DNA of 24,928 nucleotides, from positions 1 through 24,928 of IMG/VR virus record IMGVR_UViG_3300005663_001084; one strand, given 5' to 3'. Below are positions 1-7,441 of this stretch, one piece after another (the first letter of the stretch is position 1; every line of letters starts with the position of its first letter). The position numbers and the translations under genes are program-made. Origin of the DNA: a virus. The notes under the pieces were generated by a model. That model saw nothing but the letters and a program-made list of their open reading frames with translations, was not told the DNA's origin and ran no database searches.

Positions 1-2618
1 GGGTCATGCAGCGGAGCGCCTTCGCTGCCGTATTTCTCTTTGTCGAACCGCTCGAAAAAGTCGGTCATCTCGGCCACGGCGACGCCCACGGGGCTGCCCA
101 GCGCGCGGAATGCCGCGTTGCGCGCAGGCGTCACGAGCGCCTTGTGTGTCACGTCCAGCGGCAGGATCGTGATCTCCACGCCAGAGCGCAGGACGATATC
201 GGCGGCCTGCGGATCGACATAGATGTTGAACTCGGCCGTGGGGGTGAAGTTGCCGACCTCGAAATAGGCGCCGCCCATGAGGACGATGCCGGCGATGCGC
301 TCGGCGATGTCGGGCGCGTCGGTCAGCGCCTTCGCGATATTCGTGAGCGGCCCCAGCGCGCAGAGCGTCACGCTGCCGGCAGGCTGCTGGCGCAGGGTGT
401 CGATCAGGAAGCTGACGGCATGGGTGTCCTGCAAGGGCATGACCGGGTCGGGCAGGGTGGGCCCGTCAAGCCCGGTGCGCCCATGCACATGCTCGGCCGT
501 CACCAGCGCACGGTCAAGCGGCCTGTCGCAGCCGGCAAAGACCGGGATCTCGGGGTGGCCGGCCAATTCGCAGATCATCCGCGCGTTCTTCTGCGTCAGA
601 TCGAGGGGCACGTTTCCGGCCACGGCCGTGAGGCCAAGCAGGTCGATCTCGGCCGGTGAGGCGATCGCCAGAAGGATGGCGACGATTACGAGGATCGCCG
701 TCGCGCCCGCCGCCGCCCCGGCCGCGCGAGCGTAGATCTCGTGCGCGAGATTCTGAAGGATTCCCGCGACTTCGAGTTTCTGCCGCACGTCCTCACCGCA
801 GTTCGGACAGGGTACGCCGCCAGCCGTGTCCGCTCCGGCATCCATTCCCGCACCACCCGCCGGAGCGTCGAGAGGAGGTGCTTCTGCGGACGGTGGAGGA
901 GGTGGCGGTGGAGCGTCGGGCGGAAGCGGAGGCGGTTCTCCCGCTGTGGGCTCCTCGCCCGCCATTTCCTCGCCGCCCTCCGGTGGCATCGGCTCTTCGT
1001 CGCCTTCCGGCGGTGCTTCGCCTGCCAGTTCCGGTTCCAGGTCGTCGTCTTCTTCTTCCTCGTCTTCGTCCCCGGGGAACTGCTCCAGGATCGCGATGGC
1101 CTGCTCGGTTGAGATGCCTTCGGCCAACTGTTGCAGATCCATCGGGACGAAGCAGTGCGGGCAGATCTGGAGAGACTCGTGGTGGCTCTCGTCGTCGTCT
1201 TCGATCTCGTCCGCGTGCTTCCCGGCGGCGCTCTTCTCGACAGACTTGCCTGCCACACCAACGCCCGTGCCGACAGCCTTTCCAAGCGCGCCCGCGCCAC
1301 GTGCTGCGACGCCACCAATGGAACCGGCGGCGCGACCCGCACCCTTGGCGACGTCAGCCGCTGTCCTGCCCGCTTTGGCAATGACGGCTCCAACGCCTTC
1401 CTGGGCCATGCCGTGCTGCGAGACAACCTGACCGCCGGTCTGGCCGACGATGTCGTTCATGTCCCGCGCGGAATCCGGGATCTCGCCCAGTTCCGAGTCG
1501 GTCACAAAGATGGCCGCGCCGATATCCTCGGCACCGGCCGCAACCGTCTGGTCGGCTTCGTTCTGAAGCGCCTGGAGATTCTCCGGCGTGTTTTCGAGGG
1601 ACTTGGAAACCGCCCAGTCCGTGCCCACGCTCTCGCGCGTAAGCAGGATGGCGAAGCGGCCCTGAGGCTCGGCTTCGGTCATGGACTCCTGGCTGACCGA
1701 TTTCTTGTAGGCCAGCATGCGCTTCTGATAGTCCGCATTGCTTTCGCCGGGCTTGCGCTCTGGCTTCAGCGGTCCGGCCTCGACCTTGCCCTTCGCGGTG
1801 CGGCCCGGCGTGGTCTTGCCGCCCTTGTAGACACCGGCACGCCTGATGCCGCCGCCAGCCGCCGCGCGCGGGTCGCCCCCCGGAACGTAGGCTTCACCGA
1901 ACGCGCTTTCCATCGAAGAGCGCTTGACCGCCATGACGCCCGGTCCGGGACCGGGAATCTTGGCAACGCCCGCCTGCGCGCCCTGTGTCTTCTCAAGACC
2001 GGCCGGGGCCGTGCCGCCCTGTGGGGCCTTGCCGCCACCCTTGCCGGGTCCGAGATTCGAGCCGCTGACCGAGCCGACCTTGGTGCCCGTGTAGTTGCTT
2101 CCGGGCACGTTCGGCGGGTAGATGTCGGCGACCTCGATGCCGTCGCTGTGACGTCCGCTGTCGTCGCTCGTGTTCGCGCCCGGGCTCTTACCGCCGCCAT
2201 GAGCACCGACCGAAGGTCCTTCCGCGCCACTCTTGGTCGAGGGGTGCTTCGGGTCCTCGTTGTTCTTGCCGTGGCTGCGGTACTCGGGCGGAAGCTCCTT
2301 GCCCTTCGTGTCCACCTTGTCACTGCCCGTCAGGTCTCCGGCCTGGGCCTGCTCGCCCGTCTTGACCTTGAACTTCTCGGAGCCGGTGCCTTCGGTACCC
2401 GTGGGAGCCGCGCTGCTGGGCTTGAAGTTGCCGTAGCCCTGCTCGGTGAGCGCTTCGCGAACCTCCGACGGAACGATGCCGATGGCTTCGCCCTCGGAGT
2501 TGCGCACGAAGAGCAACCGCATGCCGCCCCGGTTGGCAACCAATTCGCCCTCCATCTCCTGGACCGTGTAGCCCAGATTCTGGAGAACCTCGGGAAGAGT
2601 GTCGTACTGAACCTGCAT
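1..2618 (-). CDS. Giant multidomain protein of more than 872 aa, truncated at the left window edge. It has an N-terminal ~65-aa globular segment, long Gly/Ala/Lys-rich and acidic/Pro-rich disordered linkers, two CxxC pairs, and a C-terminal IU-nucleoside-hydrolase-like domain (coordinates 1..~735) that lacks the DXDXXXDD aspartates.
   Basis: I translated the minus strand in one frame from 2618 down to position 1 and found no stop. The start ATG is at 2618..2616, preceded by AAGGAG with a 6-nt spacer. The C-terminal ~245 aa (SPAEIDLLGLTAVAGN...VTLCALGPLTNIAKAL...GNFTPTAEFNIYVDPQAADIV...GAPLHDP) aligns almost position by position with RihA/IU-NH. The expected ...DxDxGxDDAxA... segment instead reads AAGAAAGATAILVIVAILLAIASP. 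The provided ORF track does not list this ORF because it has no in-window stop. Confidence 0.75.
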   Translation of the reverse strand, partial: MQVQYDTLPEVLQNLGYTVQEMEGELVANRGGMRLLFVRNSEGEAIGIVPSEVREALTEQGYGNFKPSSAAPTGTEGTGSEKFKVKTGEQAQAGDLTGSDKVDTKGKELPPEYRSHGKNNEDPKHPSTKSGAEGPSVGAHGGGKSPGANTSDDSGRHSDGIEVADIYPPNVPGSNYTGTKVGSVSGSNLGPGKGGGKAPQGGTAPAGLEKTQGAQAGVAKIPGPGPGVMAVKRSSMESAFGEAYVPGGDPRAAAGGGIRRAGVYKGGKTTPGRTAKGKVEAGPLKPERKPGESNADYQKRMLAYKKSVSQESMTEAEPQGRFAILLTRESVGTDWAVSKSLENTPENLQALQNEADQTVAAGAEDIGAAIFVTDSELGEIPDSARDMNDIVGQTGGQVVSQHGMAQEGVGAVIAKAGRTAADVAKGAGRAAGSIGGVAARGAGALGKAVGTGVGVAGKSVEKSAAGKHADEIEDDDESHHESLQICPHCFVPMDLQQLAEGISTEQAIAILEQFPGDEDEEEEDDDLEPELAGEAPPEGDEEPMPPEGGEEMAGEEPTAGEPPPLPPDAPPPPPPPSAEAPPLDAPAGGAGMDAGADTAGGVPCPNCGEDVRQKLEVAGILQNLAHEIYARAAGAAAGATAILVIVAILLAIASPAEIDLLGLTAVAGNVPLDLTQKNARMICELAGHPEIPVFAGCDRPLDRALVTAEHVHGRTGLDGPTLPDPVMPLQDTHAVSFLIDTLRQQPAGSVTLCALGPLTNIAKALTDAPDIAERIAGIVLMGGAYFEVGNFTPTAEFNIYVDPQAADIVLRSGVEITILPLDVTHKALVTPARNAAFRALGSPVGVAVAEMTDFFERFDKEKYGSEGAPLHD

Positions 2619-2628
2619 GGATCTCTCC

Positions 2629-4296
2629 TTAGACTCGTGCAGCGACTGACTTGATCGCCTTGTCGAGTATATCCGCTTCCGGTGCCGTCGGCATCGGACA
2701 TGGTTGATCCGCCCTGGGCTCAAAGATCTCATCCAGGTTCGGCTCGACATCGGTCGCGCCGGGCTTGGGAATCCACATCACCCACCAGTCTGAATCGGGA
2801 TCGGTCGGCGTCGAAAGCAGCCGCGTCTCCGGGTACTCGGTCGACATCCCCGTACGGAGGTTCTCGACCTCCTCCATGGTCATCTGCGGATGCAACATCA
2901 CGTAGAGCGATTCCGACTTCGTGTCGAAGACCGTATCCTGGAGCGTATCCAGACTGTTGAGCATGTTCAGCTTTTTGACGACGCGGTCCACGATCATGTC
3001 GACCGAGTCCGCGCGAACCACACCGTACGTGACCGCTTCGGCCAGGACTTCCTGGGTGTCGCGATACCGGCACTGGTCGATCTGGTAGGCCTGCATCGCC
3101 TCGTATCCGGAGAGGCTGTCGAAGACGCAGAACTTCAGCGCCCGCTTGGTGCGGGCAAAGCCGGTCTTCTTCTTTTCCTGGATGACGATGATGCCTTCCG
3201 TCGGGAGGCCCAGGACCATGGTCTTGGCATTGCGCTTCAGCCAGGGCCGTACGGTCTCCATGCCCTCGGTGAGCTTGGCAAAGTTGATGTGCATGTCGAG
3301 CAGGCCCAGCGGACCGTTGTAGGCCCAGACTTCTCTGCCTTCCGTGTACTTGCTGCGCGGCAGCGTTCCCGAACAGATCAGCAGCTTGTTCTCGACCAGG
3401 ATGCACGGGACGCCGCCCACCTCAGTCAGGTCGACTTGGGCGTGGAACCAGGGCTGGCTCTCGTGCTGGGGCTCGCCCGGCTTCATGTTGATCCGACCGC
3501 TGTGGCTGCGGTTGTACCGGCCCAGGGCGCGGTGGAACTTGTCGCCGGTCTGAGAACGGTGCCAGTCGCGAGCGGCCTGGATACGCCGCCCCATCCCACG
3601 CCGGGAGTTGATCCGGCCCTGGATCTCGCGGTCGACATCCTTGGGAGACTCGCGCGGCGGCTTCAGGCTGAAGTACGACATGCCCTTCACCTTGCGGTTG
3701 CTCCGCTGCGGCGAGTACGTGCCACCCACCATCATGGAGTGCGGATCGTCCGCCATATCCCCCAGGCCAGGAGCCGCCGTGGCTTCGCGCAGTGCAGTTT
3801 CCCAGGTCGGAAGATCCGGGACGCCGAGTTCGGAGATGCGCTCCCACAGTTCTATGAACTGGCCCTCTTCCTCGATCTCGACCAGGAGACTGCGGATGAG
3901 TGCGTGTACCGCATCGGGAGCGTCTGCGAGATTCTCGCCCCAATCCTGGATCAGGGTGTCCAGGGCCTCGCCGCGCATAACGCGCGGAGCGATGATGCCT
4001 GCACGAGGTTCGGGTGCCGGGGTCAGGCGGGCCGTGATGTCGCCGACCGCGCCCTGGTCGTACTCACGTTTGTCGGGGTCGCCGAACGTAGCATCGACGT
4101 TCTTACGGCTGTTCCAGAGGATGCACCACCAGTCGGCCTTGATGTCGCCACTGACAAGGCGGCATCCAGACGATCCCGTGCGGGAACCCTGCTTCCCCGT
4201 CCAGTGCTCGCAATTCCCGCAGCGTTCGCTATTGGGATTGCGGGCTTTCTGGTACTGAACCTGGGTCTGATTAAAGACCTCTTCGAGCCGGGGCAT
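2629..4296 (-). CDS. Hypothetical protein of 555 aa with no confidently recognised domain.
   Basis: Long ORF with normal amino-acid composition. ATG at 4296 is preceded by GGAGGT 6 nt upstream (MPRLEEVF...). The sense-strand reading is clearly protein-like, whereas the antisense plus-strand ORFs are R/G/D-rich. Confidence 0.8.
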   Translation of the reverse strand: MPRLEEVFNQTQVQYQKARNPNSERCGNCEHWTGKQGSRTGSSGCRLVSGDIKADWWCILWNSRKNVDATFGDPDKREYDQGAVGDITARLTPAPEPRAGIIAPRVMRGEALDTLIQDWGENLADAPDAVHALIRSLLVEIEEEGQFIELWERISELGVPDLPTWETALREATAAPGLGDMADDPHSMMVGGTYSPQRSNRKVKGMSYFSLKPPRESPKDVDREIQGRINSRRGMGRRIQAARDWHRSQTGDKFHRALGRYNRSHSGRINMKPGEPQHESQPWFHAQVDLTEVGGVPCILVENKLLICSGTLPRSKYTEGREVWAYNGPLGLLDMHINFAKLTEGMETVRPWLKRNAKTMVLGLPTEGIIVIQEKKKTGFARTKRALKFCVFDSLSGYEAMQAYQIDQCRYRDTQEVLAEAVTYGVVRADSVDMIVDRVVKKLNMLNSLDTLQDTVFDTKSESLYVMLHPQMTMEEVENLRTGMSTEYPETRLLSTPTDPDSDWWVMWIPKPGATDVEPNLDEIFEPRADQPCPMPTAPEADILDKAIKSVAARV

Positions 4297-4371
4297 GCAA
4301 GAACCTCCGCTGAGGCTGGTGAGAGCGCCGCAACGCAATGACGCGAGTATGCCGGATAGCCGCTGAAAGTG

Positions 4372-4782
4372 TCAACTCAGCAGGAGTTTACGACGCTGAT
4401 CCTGGACCTTGAGAAGGCTGTTGATCGAGGTCGTAAGCTCTTCCCCATCCAGTTCTTTGACGATCTCCGAGGTGATCTCGTCGGGGATTCCCGCGTCCGG
4501 GTCCACCAGGACATGCTTCAGGACAGCCATGTGGACCATCAGAAGCTCCTTCGTCTCCTGGCGGCGGAGCCGCAGAAGCGCATCCTTCTGGGCCTCGTAC
4601 AGCTTGGTCATGTGCTGGATCGCGTCCATCTCCAGCACCTCGTCCGGCTCAGCGTTCAGGTCGCCCATGACCTTCTTGAATGCCATCTCGGCATCCGTGA
4701 AGGACAGCTTGGCCAGGAAGGTCGTGGTGTACGCCGACCGGGCCAGATACTTCCGAGCAGTCTTGAGCGTTGACGTGGCCAA
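4372..4782 (-). CDS. Hypothetical protein of 136 aa, partly coiled-coil-like.
   Basis: TTG start at 4782 with GGAGGA 5 nt upstream. It begins 1 nt after the TAA stop of the upstream gene. Confidence 0.6.
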   Translation of the reverse strand: MATSTLKTARKYLARSAYTTTFLAKLSFTDAEMAFKKVMGDLNAEPDEVLEMDAIQHMTKLYEAQKDALLRLRRQETKELLMVHMAVLKHVLVDPDAGIPDEITSEIVKELDGEELTTSINSLLKVQDQRRKLLLS

Positions 4783-4783
4783 G

Positions 4784-5002
4784 TTAATCCTCCAGCATCT
4801 CGCTGGTCTGGCCGCCGAACACTTCCTCGCGCTGCTCGGCCGACATCTTGTCGTAGCGGACCTTCTGACCCTTGTCGAGCTTGACGATGTACTCGCCGCT
4901 CGCCCGCTCGGTGATGGGTGCGCCCGCGCCGCCCAGGCCGTTGTTGACGCCCAAAGCGATGTCGTTCGCCGACTTGTCTGTCTTCACTACAATCTTGGCC
5001 AT
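4784..5002 (-). CDS. Small hypothetical protein of 72 aa (MAKIVVKTDK...).
   Basis: ATG at 5002 with GAGGAG 6 nt upstream. That SD overlaps the TGA stop of the WbqC-like gene. Confidence 0.6.
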   Translation of the reverse strand: MAKIVVKTDKSANDIALGVNNGLGGAGAPITERASGEYIVKLDKGQKVRYDKMSAEQREEVFGGQTSEMLED

Positions 5003-5012
5003 GCTGCTCTCC

Positions 5013-5705
5013 TCAGTCCAGGCTCCACCCGTGTTTGATAACGTCCATTGTGTAGGCTGCCCCATGGGTGAACAGGCAGTCCAGGACTGACATGCGTTCT
5101 TGGAATCCAGGATATATCTGGGGGTACGAATGGCAACGAAATCTTTGAAAAACTGCTTGCAAGTTGTGCTGGCGGGCGTGGTCCGGGAGAAGCCGCTGCT
5201 TGAATGCCGAACTGCTCAGGATCACCCGGCCACCCGCCGCGCGGGCGACGTTGAGCGAGAGCGTGAGGAAATCGTCCGTATCGAGGCTCAGCACCTGGGA
5301 CGAGTGCGCGATCCGGGTCTTGATGCCCAACCAGTCCCGGATGAGCAGGATCAGCGTGTAGTTGAGATCGAAGACCGTGGCCGAGGTCTTCAGAGCTTCC
5401 CGGATCTCCGGCGCGTACTCTTTCCAGTACGCGGTCTCGCCGTATGTCCCGGCCAGAAGCATCCAGGCCATCTCGATCTCGTGGAACGGCCGGAGCCGCG
5501 CCTCGGCGACCCGCTGCTGGGCGACCTGATTGACCGGGATGACCAGCCACGTCCAGTCGGACTCGGTGCGGATACGGTTCCGGTTCTGGAAGTGGCGCTT
5601 GCGAAAGTAGGTTGTATCGGTGAGGACGAACAGATCCGCGTGCAACAATTGATTCCAGAATCCTAACCATGGGATGAACTCTGGTTGGTGGACGCCGACG
5701 ATCAC
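5013..5705 (-). CDS. WbqC-like family protein (PF08889-like) of unknown function, a family typical of polysaccharide / O-antigen loci.
   Basis: The N-terminus IVGVHQPEFIPWLGFWNQLLHADLFVLTDTTYFRKRHFQNRNRIRT...WLVIPV matches the WbqC-family signature (QP.Y.PW.GYF..I...D.FV.LDDVQ....W.NRN.I). GTG start at 5705 is preceded by GGAAGGG. Confidence 0.75.
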   Translation of the reverse strand: MIVGVHQPEFIPWLGFWNQLLHADLFVLTDTTYFRKRHFQNRNRIRTESDWTWLVIPVNQVAQQRVAEARLRPFHEIEMAWMLLAGTYGETAYWKEYAPEIREALKTSATVFDLNYTLILLIRDWLGIKTRIAHSSQVLSLDTDDFLTLSLNVARAAGGRVILSSSAFKQRLLPDHARQHNLQAVFQRFRCHSYPQIYPGFQERMSVLDCLFTHGAAYTMDVIKHGWSLD

Positions 5706-5783
5706 ACGAACCCTTCCGGCGCTCTGGCGACACCTGCGCCCACGCCTCCCGGAGTGCGGTGATGATACTAATTATTGTGTGCC

Positions 5784-5816
5784 AAAGAAAAACGGGGACC
5801 CCGGCCGAGGTCCCCG
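5784..5816 (-). terminator. Rho-independent terminator for the minus-strand gene 5838..6224.
   Basis: On the minus strand, GGGGACC-tcggccgg-GGTCCCC (7-bp GC stem) is followed by GTTTTTCTTTGG. On the plus strand this reads aaagaaaaacGGGGACCccggccgaGGTCCCC. Confidence 0.6.
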
Positions 5817-5837
5817 CTATATCCGAATGGGGTTGAG

Positions 5838-6224
5838 TCACGCAAAAACAGGCGCGGCCATCTCTGGACGCACCACAAGCCTCTCGATGCCAATCACTCG
5901 ACCCAAGTCGGCAGCCTTCTGGGATGCGAAGCGTGCAACGCGCTCGTTGGCTTCCCTGGCGATCTCCGCACTGAGTTGATCGATATCCAGGCCGGGGAGC
6001 GACTCGACTCCCAGCGACTGGGCAATCTGTCTCGAAAGGTGCGCGGCCGACCACACGTCCGGCGTGGGCGCAGGCAGGCCAACGTAAATCTCAGCACCTG
6101 GGGCCAGGGCTTCGGCCATGGAGAACTGACCCAGCGCATCCTCAGGGCTGTCCGCGAAGATAGGCGTCCACGGACCCTGGGCGAACTGGGAAACGAGGTA
6201 GTCTCTGTATGCTGTCCGGACCAT
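5838..6224 (-). CDS. Hypothetical protein of 128 aa.
   Basis: ATG at 6224 with AGGAG 7 nt upstream. This is an internal start of track ORF 5838..6278. A promoter and palindrome lie just upstream. Confidence 0.65.
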   Translation of the reverse strand: MVRTAYRDYLVSQFAQGPWTPIFADSPEDALGQFSMAEALAPGAEIYVGLPAPTPDVWSAAHLSRQIAQSLGVESLPGLDIDQLSAEIAREANERVARFASQKAADLGRVIGIERLVVRPEMAAPVFA

Positions 6225-6238
6225 CGGGGCACTCCTCT

Positions 6239-6260
6239 GACACACAACATATTGTGTGTC
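6239..6260. promoter_or_regulatory. Perfect 9-4-9 palindrome GACACACAA-cata-TTGTGTGTC, immediately upstream of the SD of gene 5838..6224 and downstream of its -10 box. It could be an operator or a 5'-leader hairpin.
   Basis: Read directly from the sequence. The arms are perfect reverse complements. Confidence 0.45.
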
Positions 6261-6274
6261 GTGCCTTTGATACA

Positions 6275-6303
6275 ACAATACGATGCGCGTTAGGGTATGT
6301 CAA
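6275..6303 (-). promoter_or_regulatory. Sigma70-like promoter TTGACA-N17-TATTGT driving gene 5838..6224.
   Basis: Minus-strand reading is TTGACAtaccctaacgcgcatcgTATTGT. It lies about 45 nt upstream of the ATG. Confidence 0.5.
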
Positions 6304-6334
6304 CGATGAGTTGGGGACAGCCTGTGGACAATTG

Positions 6335-6365
6335 CCCTAAGTGCATAGGGGAAGTGCACTTAGGG
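6335..6365. repeat. Perfect 11-bp inverted repeat CCCTAAGTGCA-N9-TGCACTTAGGG just downstream of the stop of gene 6382..6936. It is hairpin, terminator or operator-like.
   Basis: Read directly. Both arms are perfect. It is flanked by the A/T-rich gagaaaatttt on the plus strand. Confidence 0.45.
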
Positions 6366-6381
6366 AGGTGAGAAAATTTTG

Positions 6382-6936
6382 TCAATCTGACTCGGTATGT
6401 CGAGTTTCCGCTAAGGTCCGGATGTCGTCCCTCTCACCGGGGGATACAAAATCCAGTCCCAACTCCTCGAACAGGCTCTTCTCACAGGGAGTTACGAGCT
6501 TCACATCTTCACGCTTCAAGCCCGACGCACCGAACTTCAGACCCTTGCTGCCCGCGAAGACCTCTATCATTTTGACAAACGGGACCGGCCCGTTGGCGTG
6601 GAGCATGGCCGCGCCCAGTTGCTCGGGCGGGATCACCAACCAGGAGACGTTCCCGTCCTCGAATTCGACGTAGTCGTAGATCTTGAACTTCTTGATCTTG
6701 CAGCCAGTGAACTCAACCTCGGCCCGGGACTTGATCTGAGAACGCACGTCGCCGGAGTCGGCCGTCTCGCTGAGAACGCCTACCACGCATAGCTGCTTCA
6801 CCTGGGCCTTCTCCGGCAGGCGGTACAGTTCCCCGCACGGGAACGTCTCGATCACGCCGGTCCCCGCCATGCACGACATGATCCGTGCCGCGAGCGACTC
6901 AGCGCGCTCGCGGCTCCAAGTTGTCTTAGCCGCCAT
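6382..6936 (-). CDS. Hypothetical protein of 184 aa.
   Basis: ATG at 6936 with GGAGGA upstream. A repeat-family promoter lies 20-55 nt upstream. The track ORF 6382..7053 N-terminal extension is rejected. Confidence 0.7.
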   Translation of the reverse strand: MAAKTTWSRERAESLAARIMSCMAGTGVIETFPCGELYRLPEKAQVKQLCVVGVLSETADSGDVRSQIKSRAEVEFTGCKIKKFKIYDYVEFEDGNVSWLVIPPEQLGAAMLHANGPVPFVKMIEVFAGSKGLKFGASGLKREDVKLVTPCEKSLFEELGLDFVSPGERDDIRTLAETRHTESD

Positions 6937-6961
6937 CGGTGTATCCTCCTGTCCCACCCTG

Positions 6962-6991
6962 TATATCGGATTGGGCGGGCAATTTCCCCAA
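6962..6991 (-). promoter_or_regulatory. Repeat-family promoter, copy 1 (TTGGGG-N18-GATATACAG).
   Basis: Minus-strand reading is TTGGGGaaattgcccgCCCAATCCGATATACAGG. It shares the CCCAATCCGATA core with the seven other copies. Confidence 0.55.
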
Positions 6992-7012
6992 CTTTTCTGC
7001 GACCTTGCCGGT

Positions 7013-7042
7013 TTGACATTCGCCAAGGCGAGGAGGTATAAC
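7013..7042 (+). promoter_or_regulatory. Sigma70-like promoter TTGACA-N18-TATAAC for the plus-strand AdoMetDC-family gene. The ATG is 9 nt after the -10 box, so the leader is very short or absent.
   Basis: Read directly. The aggagg at 7031 lies inside the spacer and is too far from the ATG to serve as an SD. Confidence 0.5.
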
Positions 7043-7051
7043 GACTTGACC

Positions 7052-7441
7052 ATGGCTTACGGCATCGGACTACGTATCGAAGGGCACGACTGCGGGAACG
7101 CCGCGATCCTCCGCGACGAGGAGGCCGTCCAAGAACTGCTGGTGACCGCGATCCAGGTCGCAGACATGACCCTGCTGGCCGGGCCGTTCTGCACCGAAGA
7201 ACTGACTCGGGACATCGGCAAGGGTCCCGGCCTCACAGCCTGCGCGATCCTGTACGAGTCCCACGTTGTCATCCACACCTATCCGGAACAGCGGTGGTTC
7301 CTGTTCGAGATGACCACCTGCAAAGAGTTCGACTCGGTCCGTGTCGTCAATCTCCTGAGAGCCTGGGCCGACTGCAAGACGGTCACCGACTGCACCGTCG
7401 TGGGCCACATGTTCCCCGAACCCGTTGAAGCGAATGGCTGA
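7052..7441 (+). CDS. Pyruvoyl-dependent S-adenosylmethionine decarboxylase proenzyme family (SpeH/SpeD class 1b-like), 129 aa. The substrate could be AdoMet, arginine or ornithine.
   Basis: CAILYESHVVIHTYPE matches the AdoMetDC self-processing motif (L-x-ESH-[LV]-SIHTWPE), with the serinolysis site at Ser70. The length of ~130 aa fits the small bacterial/archaeal form. This is an internal ATG of track ORF 6869..7441. Confidence 0.85.
   Translation: MAYGIGLRIEGHDCGNAAILRDEEAVQELLVTAIQVADMTLLAGPFCTEELTRDIGKGPGLTACAILYESHVVIHTYPEQRWFLFEMTTCKEFDSVRVVNLLRAWADCKTVTDCTVVGHMFPEPVEANG

Noticed and set aside
6-2654. Long plus-strand ORFs in the track: 6..659, 277..735, 656..1384, 826..1431 and 1131..2654.
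   Set aside because: All are R/G/D/H/S-rich antisense or off-frame readings of the continuous minus-strand giant ORF. That ORF has an SD, a clean start and a recognisable domain.
2629-4296. A weak ligase or nucleotidyltransferase-like motif, EGIIVIQEKKKTGF, in the 555-aa protein.
   Set aside because: The KxDG or KxxG lysine motif I, and motifs III and V, could not be found by eye. The single motif-IV-like match is insufficient.
2890-4341. The 483-aa plus-strand ORF, and the minus-strand ORFs 2729..3406 and 3422..3943.
   Set aside because: They are off-frame or antisense to the 555-aa minus-strand gene. Composition is typical of GC-rich antisense, rich in R, G, P, H and D.
7031-7036. AGGAGG as the ribosome-binding site of the AdoMetDC-family gene.
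   Set aside because: It is 15 nt from the ATG. It sits exactly inside an 18-bp spacer between TTGACA and TATAAC, so the promoter reading is preferred.
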